Positions 11,701 to 23,295 of a stretch of DNA of 64,000 nucleotides are shown piece by piece. The DNA is taken from the NCBI GenBank assembly GCA_051294905.1, contig CM119372.1, positions 1,302,001-1,366,000 on the forward strand, in the 5' to 3' direction. This DNA comes from Botryllus schlosseri. Lineage: Eukaryota. The position numbers and the translations under genes are program-made. Every line of letters starts with the position of its first letter. Position 1 is the first letter of the stretch. Under the pieces are notes generated by a model. That model was not told the DNA's origin and searched no databases. It saw only the letters and a program-made list of their open reading frames with translations.

Positions 11701-13927
11701 CACAATTTCACTGGTGCGTGGAAATAAAGTATGAACGGCACTACTGCAGTACGTCGGCAAGAGTTGCCCGTGTTCAGTAGTCAGTTTTCTTGCGTGTTGC
11801 GTATCTCGGATACTTCATTGAAGCAAGATACTTGTTAGTGATTCGCATTTGAAAATGACTCTGCCTTTGGTTGTCTATAAGTCCGCACTTTTGGTCTTAA
11901 TGGCGTCCGGTCGCCTGTCGGTATATGGATGGGTTTTGGCAGCGATGTCAATGCATTGTAGGTACGGCATATTGCGTATTGGACCAACCATACGCGACAT
12001 AACATCTGACTCTATGAATTTTCTCCTTCACAGCTTTCATGATCCCACTCAAAGACCCAAATCCACAGCAAATCTAAGCAATAATCCCACCTAACAGCCA
12101 ACAGAAATAACAAGGACTTTTGTTGTGTCAACTACTTGACGTCATTTCACGGCTGGGTGATTTCGTTTCCGTTTTCCGGAATTTCGATTTGTAATTCAAA
12201 TTACTTGAAAACTATCTGGTAATTTCAATTTTCATTATTTTATTCATATTCCTAACCACATAATGTACGAAATAAGGTGAAGTCATTTTGAAGATGCAGT
12301 TGACCTTTAAGGTTTCCAACCATCGGCTATTCATCGGCTTTGTCGGGAGGTAATCGATCGTAAGCTATTACCATAGCCTTTACCATAGCCTTTACGAAGG
12401 CGCCTTTGCCGCAATGGCTCATTCCGCTATCCGCTTCCATTCTAGTTCTGATTGTTGTTGGGGTTATCTTGATTATTTTGCTCGTGAAATTAAGGTGAGA
12501 ACTCCGGCAATTGTCATTTTACGAGGCGCGTCCACTTTTTCGGAGCACTGAAGTAAGTTTTTGTTATACTCGCACTACTTTATCAAGTGCATGGTGATGG
12601 TTTTAGAACTGTTCCGCGTCGACTTAAACATTTTTAGGTAAAATATTGTTTTTACTGTGGAATTTGTAAAGTAATTATGGGAGAAATTTGCCTCGCTTTT
12701 ATGAAAGAAATTGTCAGACGAACCGCATGAATCAACTCTGTACCAGAATAACTGAATACATTTTCTAAGATTGTACCAATTGCTACTGTCATTCGCCATT
12801 TTGAGTTAGTTTAGTAGCGACGCTGACTACGTTGAACACTTCCTTAGAAGTGATCAAAGTATTCTTCGTTGGTACTCAAGTAGAAGTAGAAGTAACGCTA
12901 TAGATCTCTACTCAAGTACAAGTAGAAGCACCGATTTCTGAGTAAGAAGAAAAGTAATTATTCTAACCCTAGTATTGTCTAAAAAAAATAAAACGGAGAA
13001 GTAGAAGAGTCTAATATCGTAACCGCTCGAGGAAGTGGTGCAAGCAAGTTAAAACCTGTACTTGATTATTTTGAAACTGTAGAAATACTTCGTTAGAGAA
13101 GTAGCTCCGAAGATTTCTACTCAATTACAAGAAGAAGTAGCGATTTTTAAGTAAGTAATTTAGCCCTAATGTTGCCTAAAAATTGAAAACCATTACCTAG
13201 CGTGTAGATGTAATCTGAAATCGTAATAAGTCAAGTCAGTACCGCTAGTATAGTCCAAATAACCTACTTGAGCACTATGTAAAAGTAAAACTACTCTGCT
13301 ACTGACCACCCTTGCATATCAAAAACCCCATAACATCAATATATGGTCTGAAATTGCCATAACAGAACGGACAGCAAGGCAGTGACTAAAAGATCTGTTG
13401 CCGAATCAAACCGCTACGATACGCGTGGTACGACTGAACAGAACATCGCTGATGTTGCGAATGATGAATCACTTGAAAACAGAATATCACGCGATCAAAA
13501 ATCGCGAGTTTCGCAGGGTACAGCCTCTGAAGACACGTACGACCATCTTTACATGTCAAAAACCCCTTCAAAGCCGCGCATTTTCAATGGTGAAGAAAAG
13601 AGGACTCGCAACACTTCTCGCGGGAAACCTGATGACACCGTTAAAGACAACACCGCAAGGATAGACCGTCTCGCAGAATTCTCAATTGACTTATCTAGCG
13701 CTGTTCACAATCGATACAAGAGACACAGCGAACCGTCCGTAACTGCGGCCTATTCCGGCACATCACGACTTGGAGTTAACATTGATAGTCTGGGGGACAT
13801 TCCTGAATCAGGCGAAAACGATAGATACCGCCGGCCTAGGATTAATTCCACGAACTCGAAGCATTTTATGGCGACACCGAACGATATACGCGGAGTTAAT
13901 ACGAAATACATCAATGTCGTTAATTAG
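8777..13927 (+). CDS. Receptor B: single-pass membrane protein with long Tyr-motif tail (ITSM-like C-terminus); ectodomain unresolved
   Basis: Candidate exon 8777-8878 (phase 1-1, weaker support); TM exon 12377/12389-12494 (PQWLIPLSASILVLIVVGVILIILLVKLR); tail exon 13366-13927 matching ORF 13382 with DTYDHL and TKYINV. Confidence 0.7.
9116..12306. mobile_element. Non-autonomous Kolobok-like DNA transposon (3.2 kb)
   Basis: Perfect 18-bp TIR AGGTCAACTGCATCTTCA (9116-9133 / 12289-12306) flanked by TTAA on both sides; no transposase ORF; probable nested element starting GGGCCATTCC near 10892. Confidence 0.8.
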
Positions 13928-15528
13928 CATCTGAGTGTTTCGATTCCGAATCGAGTAGGCTATATTAGACTTTAAATCGAATCGAGTGCCATTCGCATAT
14001 GACGTTATGACACTATGGAAGATGTAGACCACAATGAATATAATGCTATATAGTTCTACATCGCGTTCAAGATAATTCTGGTTTTCTGCATATTTTCGAC
14101 CATGCCTATTTCATAGAACTTTGTGACAACGATGTGGGTTGATCACGACTGGACGGAAATTTCATTTCCGCTAGAGTGCGCAGCATTGTATACTACATCT
14201 TTCGCATGCTGCGATACGACGATATGAGGATATGCGATATCATTTCAATACTCAAAAGAATCATATCTTGCTGCTCGACCCGAATCATTGGACTTATACT
14301 ATATTCAGATTCGAACACTCTAATCATTGTACCCAGTCCCTGCTCACGATTATGCAGAAAGCTAATTTCGGGTATGTCGAGCCGGATTCGAACAAATTCA
14401 ATGTTGGGTGACTCTGATCGAAATGTGTCCCAATCCACTGTTCCTTTACATTTTACGTCTCAAAAATCTTAACTATGCATGTGTAACGCCCACTATGATC
14501 AAGCATACAATACACATTTATATATGCGACAAAAACGATCGCTTCTTTTACGCGAACAGTTAAATACGTATCGAAGTATATCTTTACAAGTTTTTGCCAA
14601 TTATTTAGTCATACTGAGTCATACGCAGTCATACTGATGTTGTAAACGTTATCGCTGTTAAGATTTCGGGTTTCGTTTATTTATCATTCTGATATTTAAT
14701 GGTTTTTGTGTGAAGAGTGAAGCCATCCGTACCACGAGTGTTTTCTGTATCGACACTATAATCATCGTTTTTAAAGTGACGACTACCAAATGATGTCTGA
14801 AATTTCGAACAAATAAAACATCCTAGCGATTATCAGAGGTAACGAAGTGTCGATATGGCTTGATATTTGGTAACTGGGTAGCCCGGGTGTAGGCCTAAGC
14901 ATGGATGCCCTCGGAAAAACTAGCCAAAACCGACTTTCAATTGTCCTGCAACCAATACCAGTTCTTGCTTATACTGTAGCGTTTCGCGAGACACGAAGGC
15001 TGTACAATGTCTACATCTTCGGACGTTTTATGCGGACGTAACTCCCTCGTTTTTTTAATGACGAAAGAACAAGACCTTATTTTTGACAATTAGTATTTAT
15101 TAGCGGCAGATGGTCGCATAAACGTGTCAACTCGATCGCGGTTGAAAACGAAAGCTTTCGTTCCAAAACGCGAGAAAGATATGATTTGTTTGTGTTGGGG
15201 AATCGGGAAGATGAGACCTGTCGCCACGTAGCGCGACTGCACTTCAGTTCGAGGTGAGACCTGTAGAGCGATAGAGTATCAGTTTATTGATAATTTTATC
15301 ATCCTAAAACACCACAAGACTGAGATACAATGAAAAGATAGGAAGGTGTCGAAACGACTTGGAGTAGTCTTTATAATGAGATAAGTTGCACTAAAGGCTT
15401 AATGATCATAACTATACTACAGAACTTCGTTTGTGAAGATTTCAAATGGGGCTCTTTAGTCAACGAGATATCAGATTTTTAACTTGATCCACTCTACGGC
15501 TGAATCTCGATTAAGCACGGGGTGTGAG

Positions 15529-15846
15529 CAATGTTCCCTCTAAGCCGCGCGCAAGAAATTATCACTGTATCTTTCGCAGAAGGCACAATGATCATCCGAG
15601 CAAACTGACGACCATTTTCGACTCACAAATGTGGAAATTATTTCCTAAAATGCGATGAAACCGGCAGTACTCCGACGTAGCGAACGTCAAAGTTTCGGAA
15701 AAATCGTGGAATGTTGGAGTCTAGTCAAAAAAATTGCCTTTTATATTTTTCAGTCAACACAAATGTCCTCTGTTTCGCATCTAGCAGGGACCGTGCAGTG
15801 AGTTCGTGAGTGCGTGCAGACTCGTGAAAAATTAGAGGGAACATTG
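15529..15846. mobile_element. hAT-type MITE
   Basis: TIR CAATGTTCCCTCTAA...TTAGAGGGAACATTG; 8-bp TSD GGTGTGAG/GGTGTAAG. Confidence 0.85.
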
Positions 15847-17129
15847 GGTGTAAGCCCTGCACACTGAAAATTGTGAATATCGGGGTGAAGGCTAGAGTTC
15901 TTTGTCAGGCCGACATCGACACCAAGATAATTCTATTGTTAGAGATGATTAAATAATTAGACTAATTGGAGAGAAATACCGGTAATCTAATTTGAATCTA
16001 ATATGTGAAATGTATCTGTTCTCTAGTTTTATTTCTAATCTAATTCTCCTAAAATGCTACGGAAGAACTGTAAAGTGCGAAACGAGCCGAGCTTAGCGTA
16101 AAGAGATTAAACATTCTCATGCTTACGAGAAAATACTACGACTTGATATGAACTGGGCTTGATTATCGTGGTATTTCTTTCTAACGAGGAATTGAATTCA
16201 ATATCCAAATATTTGCGAATTCAGTCATTCTAATTATTATCTAATCTTAAAAAGAATTGTGTAGCTATCGTTGTATTTCTACTCAAATTTGGAAAAGTTG
16301 ACCATTTTCTAGTTGCCAAATCAGCCATCAAGTGACCTATATACTCTTTGACGCGAACTAAATTCTTTGTCGCATTTACTGGCAGGTTTATCGGGTTACG
16401 CGAAATTACATGATCATATATGTGTCCTGGCACGATGTCTCCTCTCCCGACAGCAGAAGCTACTGATATCTCCTCAACAGCGTGTATGTACATAGAACTC
16501 TAGTTGTATATTGTCATCTTTTTGACAACCAATGTCTATTAGGTCCACAGTGCAGAATCAAGTAGCGAGATAGTGGGCCATGGACTGATTAGTAGGGCAA
16601 GTTTTTCAAAAAACAACAACTTTTTGTACAGCTTCCGGCAGCTTCCTATATACTCAGACGTTATGTAGTATGGCGTTTTAAGCTGTTTGGTGGATTCTTA
16701 TATTGCAACTTTTTGCAATTTTTCGCCATTTTTTCATGCAACTTTTAGTAACTTTTTTGATTTTTCATGTAACTTTTTTCGATTTTTCATAGAAATGTTG
16801 CTTGATTGCTTGATTATTTCACTGTCATTTACATTTGAGGTCCTTTCTGATTTGACGTACATTCACGCTAGACTGCCGAAAATTTTATTTTCACTGGGTC
16901 AACACTGAGTTTCGCTACAGTGCCATGGATGCGGAACGATTCGAGTATCTCATGCCCTAATAATTTCAAGGAACTTTTCCACAAATGCAACTTTTTAGTG
17001 CAACTGTGTTAAAAATAAATGTAACTTTACACTGCAACTTTTGTGAAAAATAACTCAACTATCCACGGATTTGACTGCAACGAAAAAGTGCTCTACTGAT
17101 TAGTCATTACTGATTTCTCATGTACGCAG

Positions 17130-20100
17130 ATGAGACTACACTGTCGTATGCGCATTCAAGAGTCGCTACAACTGCGTGGTCGAACAGCAGCGACCAATCG
17201 CCCATTTCGACAACACCGTCAGCTACATCCACGCCCGAAAAGCTCACGACTCCGACTGCAGACGAACATAGTTCCGCCCCAATCGCTGAGATTTGGATGA
17301 ATGGTAGCAGCTCCACGGTAACAGGGGGTGAGTGGTTTGCTTTTGGATTGGTCTGGTAAAATCCCTGATGTCGATACAGGGTTTTAACTAAGTAAGTATC
17401 AGTGGCACAAGTCAATCTTACTTTTATAGTTTTGAATTAAGTCGAGTTATTTTTAATTCACCACCGAGTCAGGATCGAGTCCGAGTCAGTGAGCAACGGG
17501 TCGAGTCCGATTCATACCGTTGAGACGCTAGTCCTAGTTCAAGTCGCACTGTTTATTATAGTTCAAGTCATGTTCAGTTCATTTTCACAACTATGATCTG
17601 GTGAAACGAATCCGTCGCATTAATATTATACCCATTTGTCTCATTCTCAATAAAATATGGTCAACAACGAAATACTTCTACTTGTTCTTGAGTGTGAATT
17701 CACGTCGTTATTTCTACTTGTATACTCGAGTACAAAGGAGGACTACATTGAGACAACCTCATCCTCTTGATGGGTTTATTCAAACAGATAAAATAATCGA
17801 TTTGACTCGATGGATATATGACTTGGTCAAGTCATGCGCAATCACTTGAGTACGCGTTGAGACAAAACGCAAATTGACTCAAGTCGAGTCGAGTCATTTT
17901 CAAAATTGAAAAAATGACTCGAATCAAGTCGAGTCAATAAAAATATGCGGCACGTGTCGGACTAAATTCGAGTCGTGACTCGAGTCATTACAACCCTACA
18001 ACAACTGCAATACAGATGTGTTCAAAGTAGTCCCCGTCGGTACTCAAGTGGAAGTAGAAGTAACAGTTTGCAAGTAAATAAAAAAGTAATTGGTCTAGAC
18101 CTATATTTTGCCTGATGAAACTGTCAAGTAGAAATAGAAGTAGTCTAAAACACAATCACTTGATTAAAAGGGGCAAGTAGTCAAAGCCTACTTGAGTACT
18201 CCCCAAAAGTAGAAATGCTTCATTACTGACCACATATGCTACGACACTACAGTGATTGTTTGTATGTAGAATCGAGAGTTTGATGATATATATATATGTA
18301 TATATATATTCATATTCATAGACTCAGACAAGTATTACTAAGCATCCGTACTGAAAATCACCAGGGTATCGTTCTATTCTTTTCTTAGCGACGTCTACGC
18401 ACGAAGCCAGCGGCTCATCAGCTTCAGAATATCTCGACGCATCCCTGGCGACCAGTCCGACCACTACTGTGACGACAGAAAGGCCAAATATCGCCTTGAT
18501 TGCGAGCGGCGCGATGGCGGTCTTCCTGCTGACTGCATTCATCATGACGCTCATCATTCTATTCAAAACAAGGTTTAGCTATAATTCTAATTCTAATCTA
18601 ATTCGGTAAAGCTGAAAAGTTTCTAGTTCTTCTGCAAAATATTCAGGAAACCAGATATTAGATTGGAATTAAAATTACAGCATAAAAATAGTTCGCATTA
18701 TTTCGTCTAATTATACAACTAGAGTTATCTAGCTGTACAACCCAGACTTGAATCAGAGTTTAAGAAAGTTTTCACCCACACAGAGCAGAATTGGCGAAGA
18801 GGAGCGAACAATCCTTATCAAACGAAGAACAGTCAGACAATGACTCAAGTCATGACACTGCTTACGACGTGGTCCAAGGCTCCAATAAACCAGAAGACAA
18901 GGACACGTACGACACGATGGGACAGTGGCGTGGTGGCAAAGCGGACGATGGCGACAATCACTTCGATGTTACGCCACGAAAAATAGCTTCTACTGAGTCA
19001 GAGCATGAAACATCTCGGCCCTCGCATTTAAAGTCAAGCGAATTGGTGTCCTGCTCTGCGGACAAACAAGGTAAAGATTAGAGCTTGGCCGATAACTTGA
19101 CTTAACTAGCACCATCACCGACAACCCTGATATTCAGAATTCGTGGCATGTAGGTTAGAGCGCATTTCCAAAACTCCATTACGTTTATTTCGACAGCTTC
19201 ACAACCATTGCTATTCTTGGACATGTAATACACTAGCAATGATTCGTATTGATACATGTGAGATATTATAAATATATTAATATTTTCATCACCCCGTCAT
19301 CAGGGCAATTGGTATCATTTATAGGCCTATTTTAACTAAGAATAGGCACAATGATTCGAGTACTCGAATCTGAATATAGTATTAATTTTAATTATTCGAG
19401 TCGAGTAGTAAAGTACGATTTTTTCGAGTACTGAAATTATACGCTCCTCACCACTGAAAGTTAAATCATCAACGAGAATTGCAGTTTCGATGCTAATTTT
19501 CCATGTTGAAGCCTTGAAACCTTGATTGGCTGTATCGTAATATAAGAAACATATAGTAGGGGAGACCGGGGACAAATGTAACACTGGGCAAATGTAACAA
19601 TCGACCTCGCCGCTAGTAGGATAAAGAAATCGCCTGCATATTTTGAGTGCACATGCGGTAGTTATGTCTTCTAATATACCTGAAATTACGTTGAGCTACG
19701 ACGCGAAATCCCGGAATAATTTCAAAAAAAACGAAATTTTGTACCCTTGAGTAAATATTTTCTGATCTGGAATAATTTGTTCTGAAGAATACAACCTCAA
19801 GTGGTTACAATGCAATGTATGTAGCTAGAACAATGTTACCATAGTCTACCGTGATGATAGATAAACTAGGACTTGCGTCGCCGTGAAGGCACCATCCTGA
19901 TACACTAATCATGGTCGAGCGTGTCAGGGGCAATTGTAACACTCTGTTACTTTTGCCCCGTTACAATATCTTTTCAATGCTGAATATCTGTGTTTATATG
20001 TTGGTATAACCATTTATCTACTGCAGATGAATCTTGCCTCAGCCAGAAGTTCAATACCAGAACAGACACTACCTGGAAATGCCTATTCAAACATGATCCT

Positions 20101-22428
20101 CTGTCGGAACGGCCATACAGAAGTGGTGGTGAATCTTAGGGTCCGGTTATTTCCGTGATTCTACTACCCTATCTCATGTTGATCGACTTTTGGCTTGTCG
20201 ACCTTCAATGGTCATTGGTCACTTAAGAACTTGCCCATGACTGAATCCTCTTACCCTGACTTTGAGCACGGCCCACTTACATTTTGTCATTTGATGTGAA
20301 CAATTTATTTTAATTTTGTACGGAACAGAAGAATACCATTAGCTTTGATGCCACACAATGTTGTGCCCTCGTTTTGCTACAGTATCAGCGGTCCATTCAA
20401 CAAAGATATTTTGGCCAGCTCGGTTTCGCACCTTCGCAGATGACCGAATGCCTAACCCATCATGCACGCTGAACTACAGCACCTAGGTAGAAGAGGTCGA
20501 ATATGTGTAGGGAGATGGTGGAACGAATGTGTTTCTTGTACACTTTGAGCTCATGCAGAACGAACGAAGGGTGATAATTTATTCAGATGCCAAAAATGCG
20601 ATGGGGCGTAGCCTGAAAACGTTCAAACTTCTCTTTTTTAGTTTAATTCGATAGTATAGCCTACAATTTGTGCTCCCGTTATTGTTGTTCATTTCGTTTG
20701 TTTTTAGTTATAAATAACACTGTTACAATGGTCCCGCATGGGCGTTACAATTGCTCCGGGGTACGGGGAGATGGTAACATTTGAGCGACGATTTTCGCGA
20801 CCAAAAATGTCTATGATTGAATATTGATTGAGTTCCATTTTAGTTTTTATATCAACTATTGAGGTGTTGGCTTCTTTATATAAAAGTTTGGAAATGAAAT
20901 ATCCACGAGAAAAACACGTAATGTTGGAAAATCCAAAAAAGTGTTACAATTGTCCCCGGTCTCCCCTACAAAGCTACGAACGTTACTGGAAATAGCACAT
21001 TTCCAAAGCCATGATAATCCGACAACATTGTCACCAAGTGCAATGAAATCTGTATGGTCAAAAAATACCAATGTATCTTTTATGTGACGGAGGCATTTTG
21101 TTCTATGTTGAGGCATAAAAGTTACATATTTGAACTTTGACATAGTACTTTTTGTTGTGACGCCATAATGAGCGATACTTTAATACTCGACTCGACTCGA
21201 AGCATAATACGAGATTCCGAATTCAATCACTCAGGTACTCGATTTTGCCCAGCCCTAATTGTAACCGATGAGGGGCCACTATAATAAGACAAAATACAGA
21301 CTTAAGTCAGTAATAAGGATATATGATACACGAGCGATGAAGTTTTATTGTTTCGGTTTAAACATTGGCCTAGTCCGCGGTTCCCATGAGATACATGGAC
21401 CTCAGGTCAAGTATCTCTGTTCTAGGTTTAATGGGAGTCTGATTGAGGGCGGCAGAGATCATAATGTTAGCTTATCCGGGAGAATGCAAACCGTCTGATC
21501 AAACACTGTTAACCGTGGTAATCTAATTCGCTTGATTAATTGTTCCCCCAGAGGACTGGGGATAAACCTCGCGCGAAATCTACTCCAACTTTATTTGCTA
21601 TAATTAACGGCTTTAATCAGAAAATCAGTATTCTTCCGGATAAGATAATTCTATGAAGTCCGACCAAAAAGGCTATACTTCAAGTCGTTTCAACACCCGC
21701 ACATCTATTCCTGATATCGCGATATCATGGCGTTTCGATCTGATGAAGATTCCAATACAATGACTGACTAACATTTTACTTTGGCCATCTCTTCAGACTA
21801 CCGCGATCTTTCGCATCCTGAGCGCCACGCCAGCGCTTACGAAGAGGTCAACGACGTACTGGAAGTGTCCAAGTGCGATAAAGGGGTTCGTGTATCTTAC
21901 CGCGTGCCTCAGAGAAAGAGCGAGCCTTGCTGGCCTGCGGCGGGCTGTCACAAACCCCACCGCCTGTCAGACTTGATCCCGTACCAGCACGGAGAACATC
22001 AAACGACAGCCTTCACGAGATTATCGGACGCTATGTCGACTCAAGCATTACAAAATGGGCAAAGTAACAGCGACAAAACTTTTCGCTTGAGTACAACACG
22101 CGAAGATGTTTCACAGGCTACCAACATCGCGAAAGCACTCAAGAAGATCTCAGACGCTAATCCTAACTTGGCAACCTTGTCAGCTCCGGAACAACCCCGG
22201 ATTTCGCATCTAAAACAGGAAAAGCCAGATACAGAGACGACAGCGGACGGCGTCTACAATCACTTGAACGAAGCGGAAAATATTCCTAGGCGGCGTTTCG
22301 AGGGCGCTGTGTTCTGTCTGCCTGAGATACCGGGCGAGTTCGGAAGCGACCAAAAACGGAAGCAGTCTCTGACCAGGTTTCAGATGCCTGGTAATCAAGA
22401 AGGAGAGTATTCTCGCTTGCAATCTTGA
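17130..22428 (+). CDS. Receptor C: mucin-like single-pass type I membrane protein with multi-tyrosine tail; paralog of receptor A (5' exons not found)
   Basis: Exons 17130-17327 (clear paralog of 4851-5054), 18389-18572 (TM IALIASGAMAVFLLTAFIMTLIILFKTR), 18784-19070, 21797-22428; phases all compatible; motifs TAYDVV, DTYDTM, DYRDL, SAYEEV, GVYNHL, GEYSRL. Confidence 0.82.
17377..17998. mobile_element. GACTCGAGTC hAT-MITE family copy, opposite orientation to the 5213 copy
   Basis: CAGGGTTTTAA...CTCGAGTCATTACAACCCT ends; internal similarity to 5213-5779. Confidence 0.75.
19559..20966 (-). mobile_element. Tc1/mariner-superfamily (pogo/Fot1-like) DNA transposon, internally deleted
   Basis: About 26-bp TIR GGGGAGACCGGGGACAAATGTAACAC / GTGTTACAATTGTCCCCGGTCTCCCC with TA on both flanks; only decayed coding remnants inside. 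Confidence 0.8.
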
Positions 22429-22954
22429 GAGGAACAATATACTATCGCACAAATGTGGTCAAAGTAATCATCGTTGGTGCTCAAGTAGGAGTAGAAGTAA
22501 TTTAAGGAATTTCGACTCGCTTACAGCCTGTACACGACCTACTTATGTAGGCCTGGTTGATGACTCAAAATACAGCAACTGCTGCAGATACTTTATTAAA
22601 GCGACCAGCCGCTATACTAGGCTTAGTAGTGCCTGAAAAATTGAAAACTGTTAAGTAAGAATCAGACAGAGGTATATATAGTCACAGTAGTGATCGTTGG
22701 GACTATGTCAGAAGTGGCAGTGACGTCATGATTTTCTACTGAACCATAAGTACAAGAAGCGATTTCCTATTGCGAATAGGTAGACTTCGAGATCATAATG
22801 TTTTTTTTGTCGAATGTTCCCATGATCCCATGAAAACGGCTTATAGGCCCCTAGGTTGTAAAACCCTGCTATGCATTAATATTAAAACTATTTTTAGTGG
22901 TAAAATTACGATAGTCACGAATTTGTCATAGATTCTGTGCACCAAGTGTACAAT

Positions 22955-23295
22955 CAATAATCAATAATCGTTGGGTTATAATTTTCATCTGAATAAGTTA
23001 CACACAATGTACAATGCGATAAGACACAATGCGACATAACTAACAGATAGGAGGATGTCGAACGACACGCATCAGTAGCGATCCTTTGCTCTAAAATCCA
23101 CCTCGGCCTAGAGTGCCCGATGTCACAGTTCTTTTCAATGTTGATCTTTTCAAAGCCGCGGCCCTTTTTACTAGTTCTTTCCATTTCTTGTGAGTGCTTT
23201 CTTTCTTCGGGTCTTTTTTGTCGCCATATGAACGGCGACTGCGCGGGAAGAGGAATCCCAGATTAACCTCCGACTGGAATCAAACCGAGTCCGCC
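22955..23295 (-). mobile_element. tRNA-derived SINE-like repeat; second copy at about 27420-27730
   Basis: The two copies align by eye; minus strand carries B-box-like GGTTTGATTCC / GTTTCGATTCC at the 5' head. Confidence 0.55.

Noticed and set aside
4699..18566. Minus-strand ORFs 4699-5043, 7233-7517, 17107-17415, 18324-18566
   Set aside because: Antisense shadows of the plus-strand receptor exons, which have proper splice sites
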